Assembly (NCBI GenBank): GCA_963844865.1
Contig: CAWJPY010000001.1
Coordinates: forward strand, 81,415 to 145,414
Direction: 5' to 3'
DNA: 64,000 nt
DNA from: an uncultured Holophagae bacterium
GTDB lineage: Bacteria > Acidobacteriota > Thermoanaerobaculia > Thermoanaerobaculales > Sulfomarinibacteraceae
In this document: in pieces, positions 1 to 8,905 of the stretch
Layout of the letters: each line of letters opens with the position of its first letter
How positions within the stretch are numbered: the first letter of the stretch is position 1
Translations under genes and position numbers: made by a program
The notes under the pieces: generated by a model
Seen by the model: the letters and a program-made list of their open reading frames with translations, nothing else
What the model was told of the DNA's origin: nothing
The model's database searches: none

Positions 1-152
1 GCCATCGCCGATTCCAGCTCCGTCCGGTCCCACTGCGGCTCGGGAGCCGCCGTCGCGCCGTTCTCCCCGGCACCGACCGCCGGCGTGCCGAGTAACGAGA
101 GCATCAGGACACACACCGGCAATCCCCAACGACCAAAGGTCCGTCCACTCAT
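1..152 (-). CDS. 5' end of a gene for an exported protein (signal-peptide-like N-terminus); the gene runs off the left edge of the window
   Basis: ATG at 152-150 on the minus strand, preceded by GAGGGGGA. Translation MSGRTFGRWGLPVCVLMLSLLGTPAVGAGENG... has a basic n-region and a hydrophobic core. It is too short in-window to appear in the ORF track. Confidence 0.35.
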   Translation of the reverse strand, partial: MSGRTFGRWGLPVCVLMLSLLGTPAVGAGENGATAAPEPQWDRTELESAM

Positions 153-472
153 GCAGTCTTCCCCCTCAGCTCGCTCCGCACCACCGGCTCTCGCCAGGCT
201 GGGCTCGGCGCGTACCGCGCACCACGCGCCGCCACCGAGCCGGACATCCATCGCACCCTGCAACTCGATGCTCGCGTCGGAGACGCGTGCGGAGAGCATG
301 ATCGAGCGGACCCGATCCTGCAATCGCAGGCGCCTGTGTCCGCGGCGCCGGGCCCAGTGACGGGCCATGCCCGGCGCACGGTGCCGTGCCCCGCGCACGA
401 CCTTCGCCCCCGCGGAGGAGTGGCCTGGAGGTTGTCCTCCGTGGGTCCGACGCTGCTGCCCGTTCGTGGTCC

Positions 473-1666
473 CTACCGCCGTCGGAGCACCTCGCCGCTG
501 CCGATGCCGCCGCCCACGCAACGGCTGGTGACCCCGAGGTTCGCGTCCCGCAACCGCAGCTGGTGGACCATGTCCACGACCTGTCGCGCCCCCGTGCACC
601 CCACCGGGTGACCGAGGGAGATGCCGCTGCCCCACCGGTTGGTGCGCTCGACCTCGAGCTCGGGGAGGTAGTGGAACGCCGCGGCGAGCACCGCGCCGAA
701 GGCCTCGTTGATCTCGAAGAAGTCCACTTCGGGGAGCTTGACGCCGGCGCGCTCGAGAAGCGGCGGCACGACCTTGAACGCGCCTTCGCCCATCAGCTCG
801 CGCTCGACGCCCACGTTGTGGAAGGCGACCAGCTCTGCGAGCGGTTCCAGGCCGAGCTCGGCGGCCCGCTCTTCGCTCGCCAGAAGGAGAGCCGCCGCTG
901 CATCGTTGAGGGTCGACGCATTGGCCGACGTGATGGTGCCGCCGTCGCGCTTGAAGTAGGGCTTCGCGGCCGCCAGCTGCTCGAAGGTCACCGGCCGCGG
1001 GCCCTCGTCCCTGGCCACGACCACCGGCTCGCCGCGGCGTTGCGGTACCTCCACCGGCGTCACGTACCCGTCGAACGCCCCCCGCTCCCAGGCGTCCAGG
1101 GCGGCGTGGTGGCTGCGGAAGGCCACCTGGTCCTGCGCCTCCCGGGTGACGCCGTACTTCTCCACCAGGCGTTCGGTGAGCAGGCCCATGAGCTCGCCGC
1201 CGCCGACGTGCGCGTCGGTGAGGGCGCCGAACAGCCCGTCCACCAGCGTCATATCGCCGTAGAGCTGGCTCCTGGTCCGGCCGGTGTAGAGGTAGCGCGC
1301 CACGTTGCTCATGGACTCGACCCCGCCGGCAATGCCCAGCGAGACCTCGCCCAGCAGGATGCGCCTGCTCAGGCTGTGGATCGCGGCGCCGCCCGAGGCG
1401 CAGTTCTCATGGAACGTGGTCCCCGGGGAGGTGGGCGGCACCCCCGCCAGCTCGGCCACGTTCTTGGCCAGGTTGGGGCTGCGCGGGTCCTGCATGACCC
1501 AGCCCATGCAGGTGTACTCCACCACGGCAGGGTCGACCCCAGACCTGGCGAGCAGGGCCTTGATGACGTGGGTCGCCAGCTGCTCGGCCTGGAGGCTGGC
1601 AAGCCCGCCACCGATGGCACCGATGGGCGTCCGCACCGCCCCGACGATCACGACCTTGCCTGGCAT
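473..1666 (-). CDS. acetyl-CoA acetyltransferase (thiolase)
   Basis: MPGKVVIVGAVRTPIG... N-terminus, an active-site Cys region (NENCASGG-like FHENCASGG) and the C-terminal GxGxG CVGGGIG motif. ATG at 1666 is preceded by GGGGAGG. The ORF-track start at 1714 is an upstream extension. Confidence 0.9.
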   Translation of the reverse strand: MPGKVVIVGAVRTPIGAIGGGLASLQAEQLATHVIKALLARSGVDPAVVEYTCMGWVMQDPRSPNLAKNVAELAGVPPTSPGTTFHENCASGGAAIHSLSRRILLGEVSLGIAGGVESMSNVARYLYTGRTRSQLYGDMTLVDGLFGALTDAHVGGGELMGLLTERLVEKYGVTREAQDQVAFRSHHAALDAWERGAFDGYVTPVEVPQRRGEPVVVARDEGPRPVTFEQLAAAKPYFKRDGGTITSANASTLNDAAAALLLASEERAAELGLEPLAELVAFHNVGVERELMGEGAFKVVPPLLERAGVKLPEVDFFEINEAFGAVLAAAFHYLPELEVERTNRWGSGISLGHPVGCTGARQVVDMVHQLRLRDANLGVTSRCVGGGIGSGEVLRRR

Positions 1667-1764
1667 ACACACCTCCCCAGTCTCCGACCGGCACGGGCAG
1701 CTCACGCCGAGCACTCCGTGCTCGCTTGACGCCCTCGGCCGGTCATGTTCATCACAGTGTGAAA

Positions 1765-1793
1765 GTATATAAGTATACCGGAAGGCCGGTCAA
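1765..1793 (-). promoter_or_regulatory. putative sigma-70 promoter for the thiolase gene
   Basis: On the minus strand: TTGACC, a 17-nt spacer, then TATACT, inside the only AT-rich patch of the 1667-2040 gap. It overlaps a short ACCGG..CCGGT inverted repeat. Confidence 0.3.
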
Positions 1794-2038
1794 GTTATAC
1801 GATCGGTAAGAGAGCCAATTCCGACACGCATGAGCCCCCGCTCTGGGATCGTCAGCGACGTCCTGGATCTGTCTGCGACGCCCCCGTGGATCTGACTTGG
1901 AAGATCGCCTACCAGGCGCCAGATCGCACTTCGGCAACGCCAGAGCGCGAGGGTTTCGGCGTCGTGAAAGGATGCCCCGTCGGTTCGCCGGATCCTGGCG
2001 CGGACGGGCGACGGCAGCCATGATCGCTGAAATCCCCC

Positions 2039-2246
2039 CCTCGCCAGGGCGTAGCTCTCAGCCGCCTCTCGCGGTTTGGAGCGGCCCGGCTTGCCAAGGC
2101 GAAGTCGCGGTGGGCGGGCGCAGACGAAGCCTGGTGGAGGCGGTGGGAATCGACCACGCCGAAGACAGCGGCTGCGGCTGTGGCCGAGGGGGTCCGCAGG
2201 AGGGGGTCGGACGGCCTACAGCCGCCCGCTGGTCTCGGCGGGGCGC
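2039..2246 (-). repeat. copy A of a ~210-240-nt repeat element containing a second copy of the ssrA T-arm/acceptor/CCA end (2132-2153)
   Basis: 22/22 nt identity between 2132-2153 and 2347-2368 (27/29 with a 2-nt gap). The flanks share ordered blocks with 22379-22614: GCGCCCCGCC, CCAGCGGG, GGCCGTCC, GACCCCCTCGGCCAC, CCGCTG, CGTGGTCGA, CCACCAGGCTTCGT, AAGCCGGG, CGGCTGAGA, CTACGCCCTGGC. Confidence 0.6.
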
Positions 2247-2306
2247 CGCGGCGGGAGGGGGATGGGGGGCCGCGAGCCACCCACAGTGAGATTCCCACCG
2301 TAACCG

Positions 2307-2338
2307 AAGACGAAAGAAGCCGCCCGTCTGGCGGCTTC
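2307..2338 (-). terminator. rho-independent terminator of ssrA
   Basis: On the minus strand, 9 nt after the CCA end: GAAGCCGCC-agacg-GGCGGCTTC followed by TTTCGTCTT. Confidence 0.55.
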
Positions 2339-2346
2339 GACGTCTT

Positions 2347-2696
2347 TGGTGGAGGCGGTGGGAATCGAACCCACGTCCGAGGAACTCCGGCCGGCGGTGT
2401 CTCCGTGTGCAGCCCACCGGGTGTATCTCGTCCCCCGGCCAGTCGGTGGGCACCCATGCCGGGGGACCAGCCCCTGAGTTCTCGACTACCGGGTCAGGGC
2501 TCCCCGGTGGTCCAGCCCGTCAAACGGCGCCGAGCCCTGGCCGACAGGCGGAGCCGTCGGGTCGGCGCGGCTGCTTACGCAGCCAGTGCGTAGTCGTTGT
2601 TGGCAGTTGTGTTTGCCCCACCCGTTTTACGAGCGGATGGACCTCGACACGCTGCCGACAGCCGGACATGTTCCCCGTCGAGCCCAGTACGCCCCC
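2347..2696 (-). ncRNA. ssrA: tmRNA (transfer-messenger RNA)
   Basis: On the minus strand: 5' GGGGGCGUACUGGGCUCGACGGGG acceptor/D-like start. The internal tag ORF GCC AAC AAC GAC TAC GCA CTG GCT GCG TAA encodes ANNDYALAA (2575-2604). The 3' end is CGTGGGTTCGATTCCCACCGCCTCCACCA (T-arm, acceptor, encoded CCA). Confidence 0.92.
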
Positions 2697-2928
2697 AGGT
2701 TCGACAGCACCGCGCATTCTAGCATCTCGGACGCCCCAAAGCGCTCCGAGACGCCGGTGCGCTGACGTACATTTCAACATCCGGAGGGCCGCAGACGTTC
2801 CCGATGATGCCAGCAGGAACAGTGATCCGGGACAGCGGCAGCGGCAGCGACCGGCGGCAGTCAGCAGCGTCAGCGATCATCGATCAGCAGCCGCGATCGC
2901 CGCGGCCGGAGCGGCTGTGCGCCGACCG

Positions 2929-3315
2929 TCACTGCGTGGGGTGAAGGAGGCGCCACGTCATTGCCCGAACCTGATCAAACCGGGCGAGCACGCTGCCAGC
3001 CGCCGCCGGATCGACTGCTCCTGTCGCAGCCAGGAGGCGCAGGTGGCTGTCGACCTCCTTGGCCGACGCGTACGCGATTCTCCAGAAGTGCTGGCGATCG
3101 CGACCGGAGCGACCGTGGCCTTCAGCCAAATTGGCTGCCACCGAGCTCGCCGAGCGGATCACCTGGTCGGTGATGGACTTCAGCGGAGCCGGCAGCCGCA
3201 TCACGAGCCTGATGGCGGTGCCCGCTGCGTCGAGGGCCTTGCAGTGGGCGATCAGGCCGGGGTTGGCGGGGGCGTCGAGCATGTTCACCTCCGGGTCGTT
3301 CATGCTCTCGCGCAA
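2929..3315 (-). CDS. four-helix-bundle protein (23S rRNA intervening-sequence protein family)
   Basis: Motifs typical of this family: SITDQVIRSASSVAANLAEGHGR...F..IA.GSA.E. The start is uncertain (Met at 3315, 3303 or 3282). Confidence 0.75.
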   Translation of the reverse strand: MRESMNDPEVNMLDAPANPGLIAHCKALDAAGTAIRLVMRLPAPLKSITDQVIRSASSVAANLAEGHGRSGRDRQHFWRIAYASAKEVDSHLRLLAATGAVDPAAAGSVLARFDQVRAMTWRLLHPTQ

Positions 3316-3733
3316 CAGGCCGGTGGGCAGCCCACCTCAAGGGTGCGAAGCATCGCTGCGAAGCGTGCGGAGCACCGGTCCACCGGACCGGGTCCCCTTG
3401 ACGTGGGCTGGCCACCGCCTACATTCCCGACCGAACGACCCGGAGGTGAACATGCCGCAGCGCGCTGGCCGCTGGCCGCTGTGCGCTGCCCGCGGTCGCT
3501 GCCGCTGACCGCTGCCGCTGCCGCCGCTGGCCTCACCTACGACCTCGCGCCCTGGAAGCACCAGAGAGGGTGCCAGGCAACGTCAAAGCCGCAACGGAAC
3601 ACTCGGTCTCTTCATCTCCAACGGTGCCTGGCACCCACTCTCGCCTGCCCATCGCCGCTCATGCAGCACTTGACTGAGAACCCTGCGGGTGCCATATTGA
3701 CCTCGTCCCACGCTGCAATTGAAGGGAATTTCC

Positions 3734-5293
3734 ATGCTGGCGAAGGCATACTCCGCCACGCCCTGCGGCGTGGGCGCGCTCTTTGTCACCGTCGAGGTGG
3801 ACCGCATCCGCTCCCAGCTCCCGTCGGTGACGGTGGTCGGCCTCCCCGACACCGCCGTCCGCGAGGCCCGGGAACGGATCTTCGCGGCCATCCGCCACCT
3901 CGGTCGCCGGGCCGAGCCCGCGAACGTCGTCATCAACCTGGCTCCCGCCGACGAGAAGAAGGAGGGGGCGCTCCTGGATCTGCCCATGGCGGCCGCCTTC
4001 CTGGCCGCTGCCGGCGAGATCCCGGCCAAGTCCCTGCGCCACCGTCTCCTCCTCGGCGAGCTCTCCCTGGAAGGTCGGCTGCAGCCGGTGCGCGGCGTGC
4101 TGCCCATCGTCCTCGCCGCCCGCGCGCGGGCGGTACCCGAGGTCGTGGTCCCGGCCGCCAACGCGGCCGAGGCCTCGGTGGTCGCCGACGTCCGGGTGGT
4201 GGCGGCCGCCACCCTCGGCCAGGTGGTCTCCTACTTGCGGGACGGCCACCTCCCCGAGGTGTCCGACCCCGAGCCCGGAGTCGCTCCTCCCGCCAATGGC
4301 CGGGCCCCCGACCTCGCGGACATGGTGGGCCAGGAGCAGGCGCGCCGAGCCCTGGAGATCGCGGCCGCCGGGGGGCACCACCTGCTGCTCATGGGCCCGC
4401 CGGGCAGCGGCAAGTCCATGCTGGCTCGCCGGCTGCCGGGGATCCTGCCGCCCATGTCGCCCCAGGAGGCGCTGGAGACGACCTGTGTCTACTCCGTCTC
4501 GACCCGGGTACCCCGACCCGCCGGGCTGCTGGCCCGCAGGCCGTTCCGAGCGCCCCATCACACCATCTCGTCGGCGGCCCTCATCGGCGGTGGTGCCCTC
4601 CCCCAGCCCGGGGAGGTGTCTTTGGCCCACCACGGCGTGCTCTTCCTGGACGAGCTCACCGAGTTTCGGCGGGACGTGCTGGAGGCGCTCCGCCAACCCC
4701 TGGAGGACCGCGCGGTGACGGTGGCGCGGGCCCGCTCGAGCCTCAGCTTTCCGGCCAGCTTCCAGCTCGTGGCCGCCGCCAATCCCTGCCCCTGCGGCTT
4801 CCTCGGAGATGAGCGCCGGGACTGCTCGTGCACCCCCCTCGCCGTGCACCGCTATCGCTCCCGCCTGTCCGGGCCCCTGCTCGAACGCATCGACCTCCAG
4901 GTCACCGTGCCCGCCGTACCGTGGCAGGCCCTCTCCGCCGACCGCCGGGGCGAGCCGTCCGAGGTGGTGGCCGAGCGGGTGCAGGTGGTCCGCCGCGTCC
5001 AGGAGGAACGCTTCCGCGGTCAGGGGGTGCACACCAACGGCGAGATGGGCCCGGACGAGATCAGGCGCTACGCCCCGCCCGACGCGGACGGGCGCCGCCT
5101 GCTCGAGCACGCCGCCCGCACCCTCGGTCTGTCCGCCCGCGCCTACCACCGCATCCTGCGGGTGGCGCGGACCATCGCCGACCTGGCCGGCTGCGACGGC
5201 CTGTCCGCCACGCACCTGGCCGAGGCCGTCGCCTACCGCAGCCTGGATCGGCGGGCCGACCACGGTCGCCGCGCCGTGGGCGACTGGAGCTGA
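3734..5293 (+). CDS. comM: YifB/ComM family Mg-chelatase-like ATPase
   Basis: MLAKAYSA...VEVD...VGLPD N-terminal Lon-like domain, Walker A GPPGSGKS, HGVLFLDE Walker B and a C-terminal ARAYHRILRVARTIADL helix. GAAGGGA RBS lies before ATG 3734. Confidence 0.9.
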   Translation: MLAKAYSATPCGVGALFVTVEVDRIRSQLPSVTVVGLPDTAVREARERIFAAIRHLGRRAEPANVVINLAPADEKKEGALLDLPMAAAFLAAAGEIPAKSLRHRLLLGELSLEGRLQPVRGVLPIVLAARARAVPEVVVPAANAAEASVVADVRVVAAATLGQVVSYLRDGHLPEVSDPEPGVAPPANGRAPDLADMVGQEQARRALEIAAAGGHHLLLMGPPGSGKSMLARRLPGILPPMSPQEALETTCVYSVSTRVPRPAGLLARRPFRAPHHTISSAALIGGGALPQPGEVSLAHHGVLFLDELTEFRRDVLEALRQPLEDRAVTVARARSSLSFPASFQLVAAANPCPCGFLGDERRDCSCTPLAVHRYRSRLSGPLLERIDLQVTVPAVPWQALSADRRGEPSEVVAERVQVVRRVQEERFRGQGVHTNGEMGPDEIRRYAPPDADGRRLLEHAARTLGLSARAYHRILRVARTIADLAGCDGLSATHLAEAVAYRSLDRRADHGRRAVGDWS

Positions 5294-5367
5294 GGAGAGG
5301 GTCGCGCGCGGTCCCGCCGCGCCGACCCGGCGCCCCCGTCCACGCGGCGCCTGGAAGGGAAGGACAC

Positions 5368-5805
5368 ATGCTCGCAGCATGCTTCAGCGATCTCGTCTAT
5401 CACGTGGTGGTGGTGACCTCCGAGCGCCGCCCCCTCCTCGTTCCCCCGCTTTCGAACGACCTGACCCGTCTCGTCTCGAGCATCCTGCGGGACCACGGCG
5501 GCGAGCTCATCGAGGCCGCGGCGCTGCCCGACCACCTCCACCTGCTGCTCCGCCTCGGCACCGAGCACTCCCTGGCGGCCGCCGTGGCGCTGGTCAAGAC
5601 CGCCTCGGCGGCCCGCCTGCGGCGGGCTGTGAACGGCGAGGGGTTCGCGTGGCAGCCCGGGTTCGCCGCCTTCACGGTGGGCGCCGGGGAGCTCGTCGGC
5701 GCCATCCACGGCCTGCGGGGACAGGACCGTCGCCACCGCAACCACACCCTGACCCACGAGCTGCTCGGGCTGGTCCAGCACCACCGCGTCAGGGCGCCGG
5801 GGTGA
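5368..5805 (+). CDS. IS200/IS605-type (Y1 HUH, RAYT-like) transposase-like protein, probably inactive
   Basis: YHVVVVTSERRPLL and the HUH motif HLHLLL are present. The only Tyr in the 145-aa product is at residue 11, so no C-terminal catalytic Tyr is visible. No terminal inverted repeats or a tnpB partner were seen. Confidence 0.6.
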   Translation: MLAACFSDLVYHVVVVTSERRPLLVPPLSNDLTRLVSSILRDHGGELIEAAALPDHLHLLLRLGTEHSLAAAVALVKTASAARLRRAVNGEGFAWQPGFAAFTVGAGELVGAIHGLRGQDRRHRNHTLTHELLGLVQHHRVRAPG

Positions 5806-5979
5806 GGGCTCTGGTCTCCCCTGTGAGTGGGGCGACCGCACCGCGATCTTCTCCGAGGCGCCATCCTCGGGTGGTGCGAGACGTCGCGGAGGCTGGCGCT
5901 GCTCGCCGGTTGCCGGTCCGGATCGCAGGTGCGGCATCTTACTAGTTATGGCTCCTGACCCTGGTTGCTTGTGAATTTA

Positions 5980-6007
5980 TTGACAAGCCGGGGTCGGTGA
6001 CTAGAAT
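5980..6007 (+). promoter_or_regulatory. putative sigma-70 promoter of the nuo cluster
   Basis: TTGACA (5980-5985), a 16-nt spacer, TAGAAT (6002-6007), about 30 nt upstream of nuoA. Confidence 0.5.
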
Positions 6008-6038
6008 AGTCGCGCCCGTCCGGGGAACGAGGAGGCCC

Positions 6039-6404
6039 ATGAACCCCATCGACCACTACATCCCGATCTTGGTCTTCACGTTGGTGGCGATCTCGTTCCC
6101 CGTGATCCTGCTGGTCCTGGCCAAGATCATCCGGGCGGGCTCACCGGACCCGGTCAAGGCGGAGCCCTATGAGTGCGGCGTCCGGGCGCCCACCTACGCC
6201 CACGACACGCGCTTCTCCATCCGCTACTACCTGATCGCGGTGCTGTTCGTGGTCTTCGACGTGGAGACGGTCTTCCTCTACCCCTGGGCGGTGATCTTCC
6301 GCAAGCTGGCCCTGTTCGGCTTCGTGGAGATGATGGTGTTCCTGGCGATCCTGCTGGTGGGTTACGTCTATGCCTGGCGGAGAGGAGCGCTGGAATGGGC
6401 TTGA
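6039..6404 (+). CDS. nuoA: NADH-quinone oxidoreductase subunit A
   Basis: Small 3-TM protein with PYECG and FDVE..FLYPW motifs. GGAGG lies before ATG 6039. Confidence 0.9.
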   Translation: MNPIDHYIPILVFTLVAISFPVILLVLAKIIRAGSPDPVKAEPYECGVRAPTYAHDTRFSIRYYLIAVLFVVFDVETVFLYPWAVIFRKLALFGFVEMMVFLAILLVGYVYAWRRGALEWA

Positions 6405-6883
6405 TCGAGGAGCGCTTCGACCGCAACATCATCACCACCACCTACGACAAGGTCTTCAACTGGGCGCGGCGGAGCTCCCTGTGGCCCATGCAGTTCGGCC
6501 TCGCGTGCTGCGCCATCGAGATGATGGCGGTGCTCGACCCCCGCTTCGACATGGCCCGCTTCGGCGCCGAGGTGTTCCGGGGGACCCCACGGCAGGCCGA
6601 CCTGATGATCGTCTCCGGCACGGTGACCGAGAAGATGGCGCCCATCGTGAAGCGCCTCTATCAGCAGATGGCCGACCCCAAGTGGGTGATCGCCATGGGA
6701 TCCTGCGCCACCTGCGGCGGCCCCTACCGGACCTACGCCGTCACCCAGGGCGTGGACCGGCTGATGCCGGTGGACGTCTACATCCCCGGCTGCCCGCCGC
6801 GACCGGAGGCGCTGCTCTACGGCCTGATGCAGCTGCAGCGCAAGATCGATCGCTCGACCATCGCACGCCGCCGGGCCTCGTGA
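6395..6883 (+). CDS. nuoB: NADH-quinone oxidoreductase subunit B
   Basis: N2-cluster motifs [17 protein letters not shown] and IPGCPPRPE. The ATG overlaps the nuoA end. Confidence 0.93.
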   Translation: MGLIEERFDRNIITTTYDKVFNWARRSSLWPMQFGLACCAIEMMAVLDPRFDMARFGAEVFRGTPRQADLMIVSGTVTEKMAPIVKRLYQQMADPKWVIAMGSCATCGGPYRTYAVTQGVDRLMPVDVYIPGCPPRPEALLYGLMQLQRKIDRSTIARRRAS

Positions 6884-6890
6884 GGAGCCG

Positions 6891-7715
6891 ATGAGCGAGG
6901 ACAACAACACTCCGCGGCCGACCGACCCCACTCCGCCCGCCGAATCGAACGGCGAGGAGCAGGCCGAGTCACGCCCCCAGGACACCGGCGACCGAGCGAC
7001 GACCGACGCAGCCGCCGCCAAGCCGAAGCTGTCGGATGAGGAGAAGGCGGCCAAGGTCGCGGCCGCCAAGGCGAAGGCGGCGGCCAGGGCGGCGGAGAAG
7101 GCCAAGGAAAGCGATCAGCCGGCCGAGCCGAAACCGCCCTGGGAGGAGAAGCCGGTCCCCCCGGAGCACGCCGACGCCGGCGACGACCCTGACGTCCAGG
7201 CATTGGCCGCCGCGCTGCCGGAGGCGGTCCTGGGCGCCGACCGCTACGCGGACGAGGTCACCGTCACGGTCCCCGCGGAGCGCATCGTCGAGGTCTGCCG
7301 CCACCTCAAGGAGGAGGGCGGCTTCCACTTCCTGGTGGACGTCACCGCGGTGGACTGGCCGGAACGCGAGGACGGGCGCTTCGACGTCCTGTACTGGATG
7401 CACCGGCACTCGGACTCGCGGCGCCTCAGGCTGCGGACGGTGCTCGCAGACGGCGACGGGATCGCCTCGGTGACCGGCGTCTGGCGCACCGCCAACTGGC
7501 TGGAGCGCGAGGTCTACGACATGTTCGGGATCCTCTTCGAGGGCCACCCCGCCCTGGAGCGGATCCTCACCTGGGAAGGGTTCAACGGCCATCCCCTGCG
7601 CAAGGACTTCCCGGTCGAGGGCATCGACACCGGCGCCGCCGTCTACCCCGATGTCTACCCGCCGGGGGCCGGACCCGTGGGCGACGCCGAGGACTCCAAG
7701 GAGGCCTCCAAGTGA
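6891..7715 (+). CDS. nuoC: NADH-quinone oxidoreductase subunit C with a ~100-aa low-complexity N-terminal extension
   Basis: The C-terminal two thirds match the 30-kDa subunit (FHFLVDVTAVDW, WLEREVYDMFGILFEGHP). The N-terminus is Ala/Lys/Glu/Pro-rich (AAAKPKLSDEEKAAKVAAAKAKAAARAAEKAKE). Confidence 0.88.
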   Translation: MSEDNNTPRPTDPTPPAESNGEEQAESRPQDTGDRATTDAAAAKPKLSDEEKAAKVAAAKAKAAARAAEKAKESDQPAEPKPPWEEKPVPPEHADAGDDPDVQALAAALPEAVLGADRYADEVTVTVPAERIVEVCRHLKEEGGFHFLVDVTAVDWPEREDGRFDVLYWMHRHSDSRRLRLRTVLADGDGIASVTGVWRTANWLEREVYDMFGILFEGHPALERILTWEGFNGHPLRKDFPVEGIDTGAAVYPDVYPPGAGPVGDAEDSKEASK

Positions 7716-8836
7716 GCGACCCACGGCCGTCCTCCCTGTTCGACGTGGAGGAGATGGAGCTCAGCTTCGGCCCCCAGCACCCCGCCACCCACGGCGTGCT
7801 CCGGGTCCAGCTCCAGCTCGACGGCGAGAAGATCCTCGACGCCAAGCCCATCATCGGCTACCTCCACCGCGGCACCGAGAAGCTGTTCGAGACCATGCCG
7901 TTCCCCCAGTGCATCCCGCACACGGACCGCATGGACTACGTCGCCGCCGCCACCAACAACCAGGGCTTCTGCGTGGCCATGGAGAAGCTGCTGGGGATCA
8001 CCATCCCGCCGCGGGCGGCCTACATCCGCATGATTCTGGCCGAGCTCCAGCGCATCGCCTCGCACCTGGTGTGGTTGGCCACTCACGCCATCGACATCGG
8101 CGCCATCACGCCGTTCTTCTACACGTTCCGCGAGCGCGACGCGATCCTGGACCTGTTCGAGGACTACTGCGGCGCTCGGCTCACGCTGAACACCATGACC
8201 ATCGGCGGCGTGCCCTTCGAGCTACCCGACGGCTGGACGGACCGCGCTTCGGAGTTCATCGACGCCTTTCCCGCCCACGTGGACCAGTACGAGGAGCTGC
8301 TCACCAACAACCGGATCTGGAAGCGGCGGACGGTGGGCATCGGGGTGGTGTCCCCCGAGGACGCCATCGACTGGGGCCTGACGGGACCGCCCCTGCGCGG
8401 CTCCGGCGTCGAGTGGGACATCCGCAAGGTGTTCCCCTACGACCGCTACGACGAGGTGGACTTCATCGTCCCCACGGGGGCCAACGGCGACACCTACGAC
8501 CGCTACCTGGTGCGCATGCAGGAGCTCAGGCAGTCGGCCCGCATCGTCCGCCAGTGCCTGGACCGCCTGCCCGAGGGGCCGACGAGCGCCAAGGTGCCCA
8601 AGATCCTGCGCGCCCGCGAAGGCATGGTCTACGGCTCCGTGGAGTCGCCCAAGGGCGAGCTCGGCTACCTCATCGTGGCCACGGAGAAGGGCACCCAGCC
8701 CTACCGCTGCCACGTGCGCGCGCCGTCCTTCGTCAATTTGCAGATGCTGCCCGACATGGTGAAGGGGCACCTGATCGCCGACCTGGTCGCCGTCATCGGG
8801 ACGCTCGACATCGTGCTCGGCGAGATCGACAGGTAA
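7712..8836 (+). CDS. nuoD: NADH-quinone oxidoreductase subunit D
   Basis: FGPQHPATHGVLR, GYLHRGTEKL and the C-terminal DIVLGEIDR. The GTG start overlaps the nuoC stop. Confidence 0.93.
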   Translation: MSDPRPSSLFDVEEMELSFGPQHPATHGVLRVQLQLDGEKILDAKPIIGYLHRGTEKLFETMPFPQCIPHTDRMDYVAAATNNQGFCVAMEKLLGITIPPRAAYIRMILAELQRIASHLVWLATHAIDIGAITPFFYTFRERDAILDLFEDYCGARLTLNTMTIGGVPFELPDGWTDRASEFIDAFPAHVDQYEELLTNNRIWKRRTVGIGVVSPEDAIDWGLTGPPLRGSGVEWDIRKVFPYDRYDEVDFIVPTGANGDTYDRYLVRMQELRQSARIVRQCLDRLPEGPTSAKVPKILRAREGMVYGSVESPKGELGYLIVATEKGTQPYRCHVRAPSFVNLQMLPDMVKGHLIADLVAVIGTLDIVLGEIDR

Positions 8837-8905
8837 TGCCATGAGAGGACCTGCAATGTCGCTCGACCTCTGCCTTTCTCATGCCGCCGCCGGGGGGGTG
8901 CGCGG

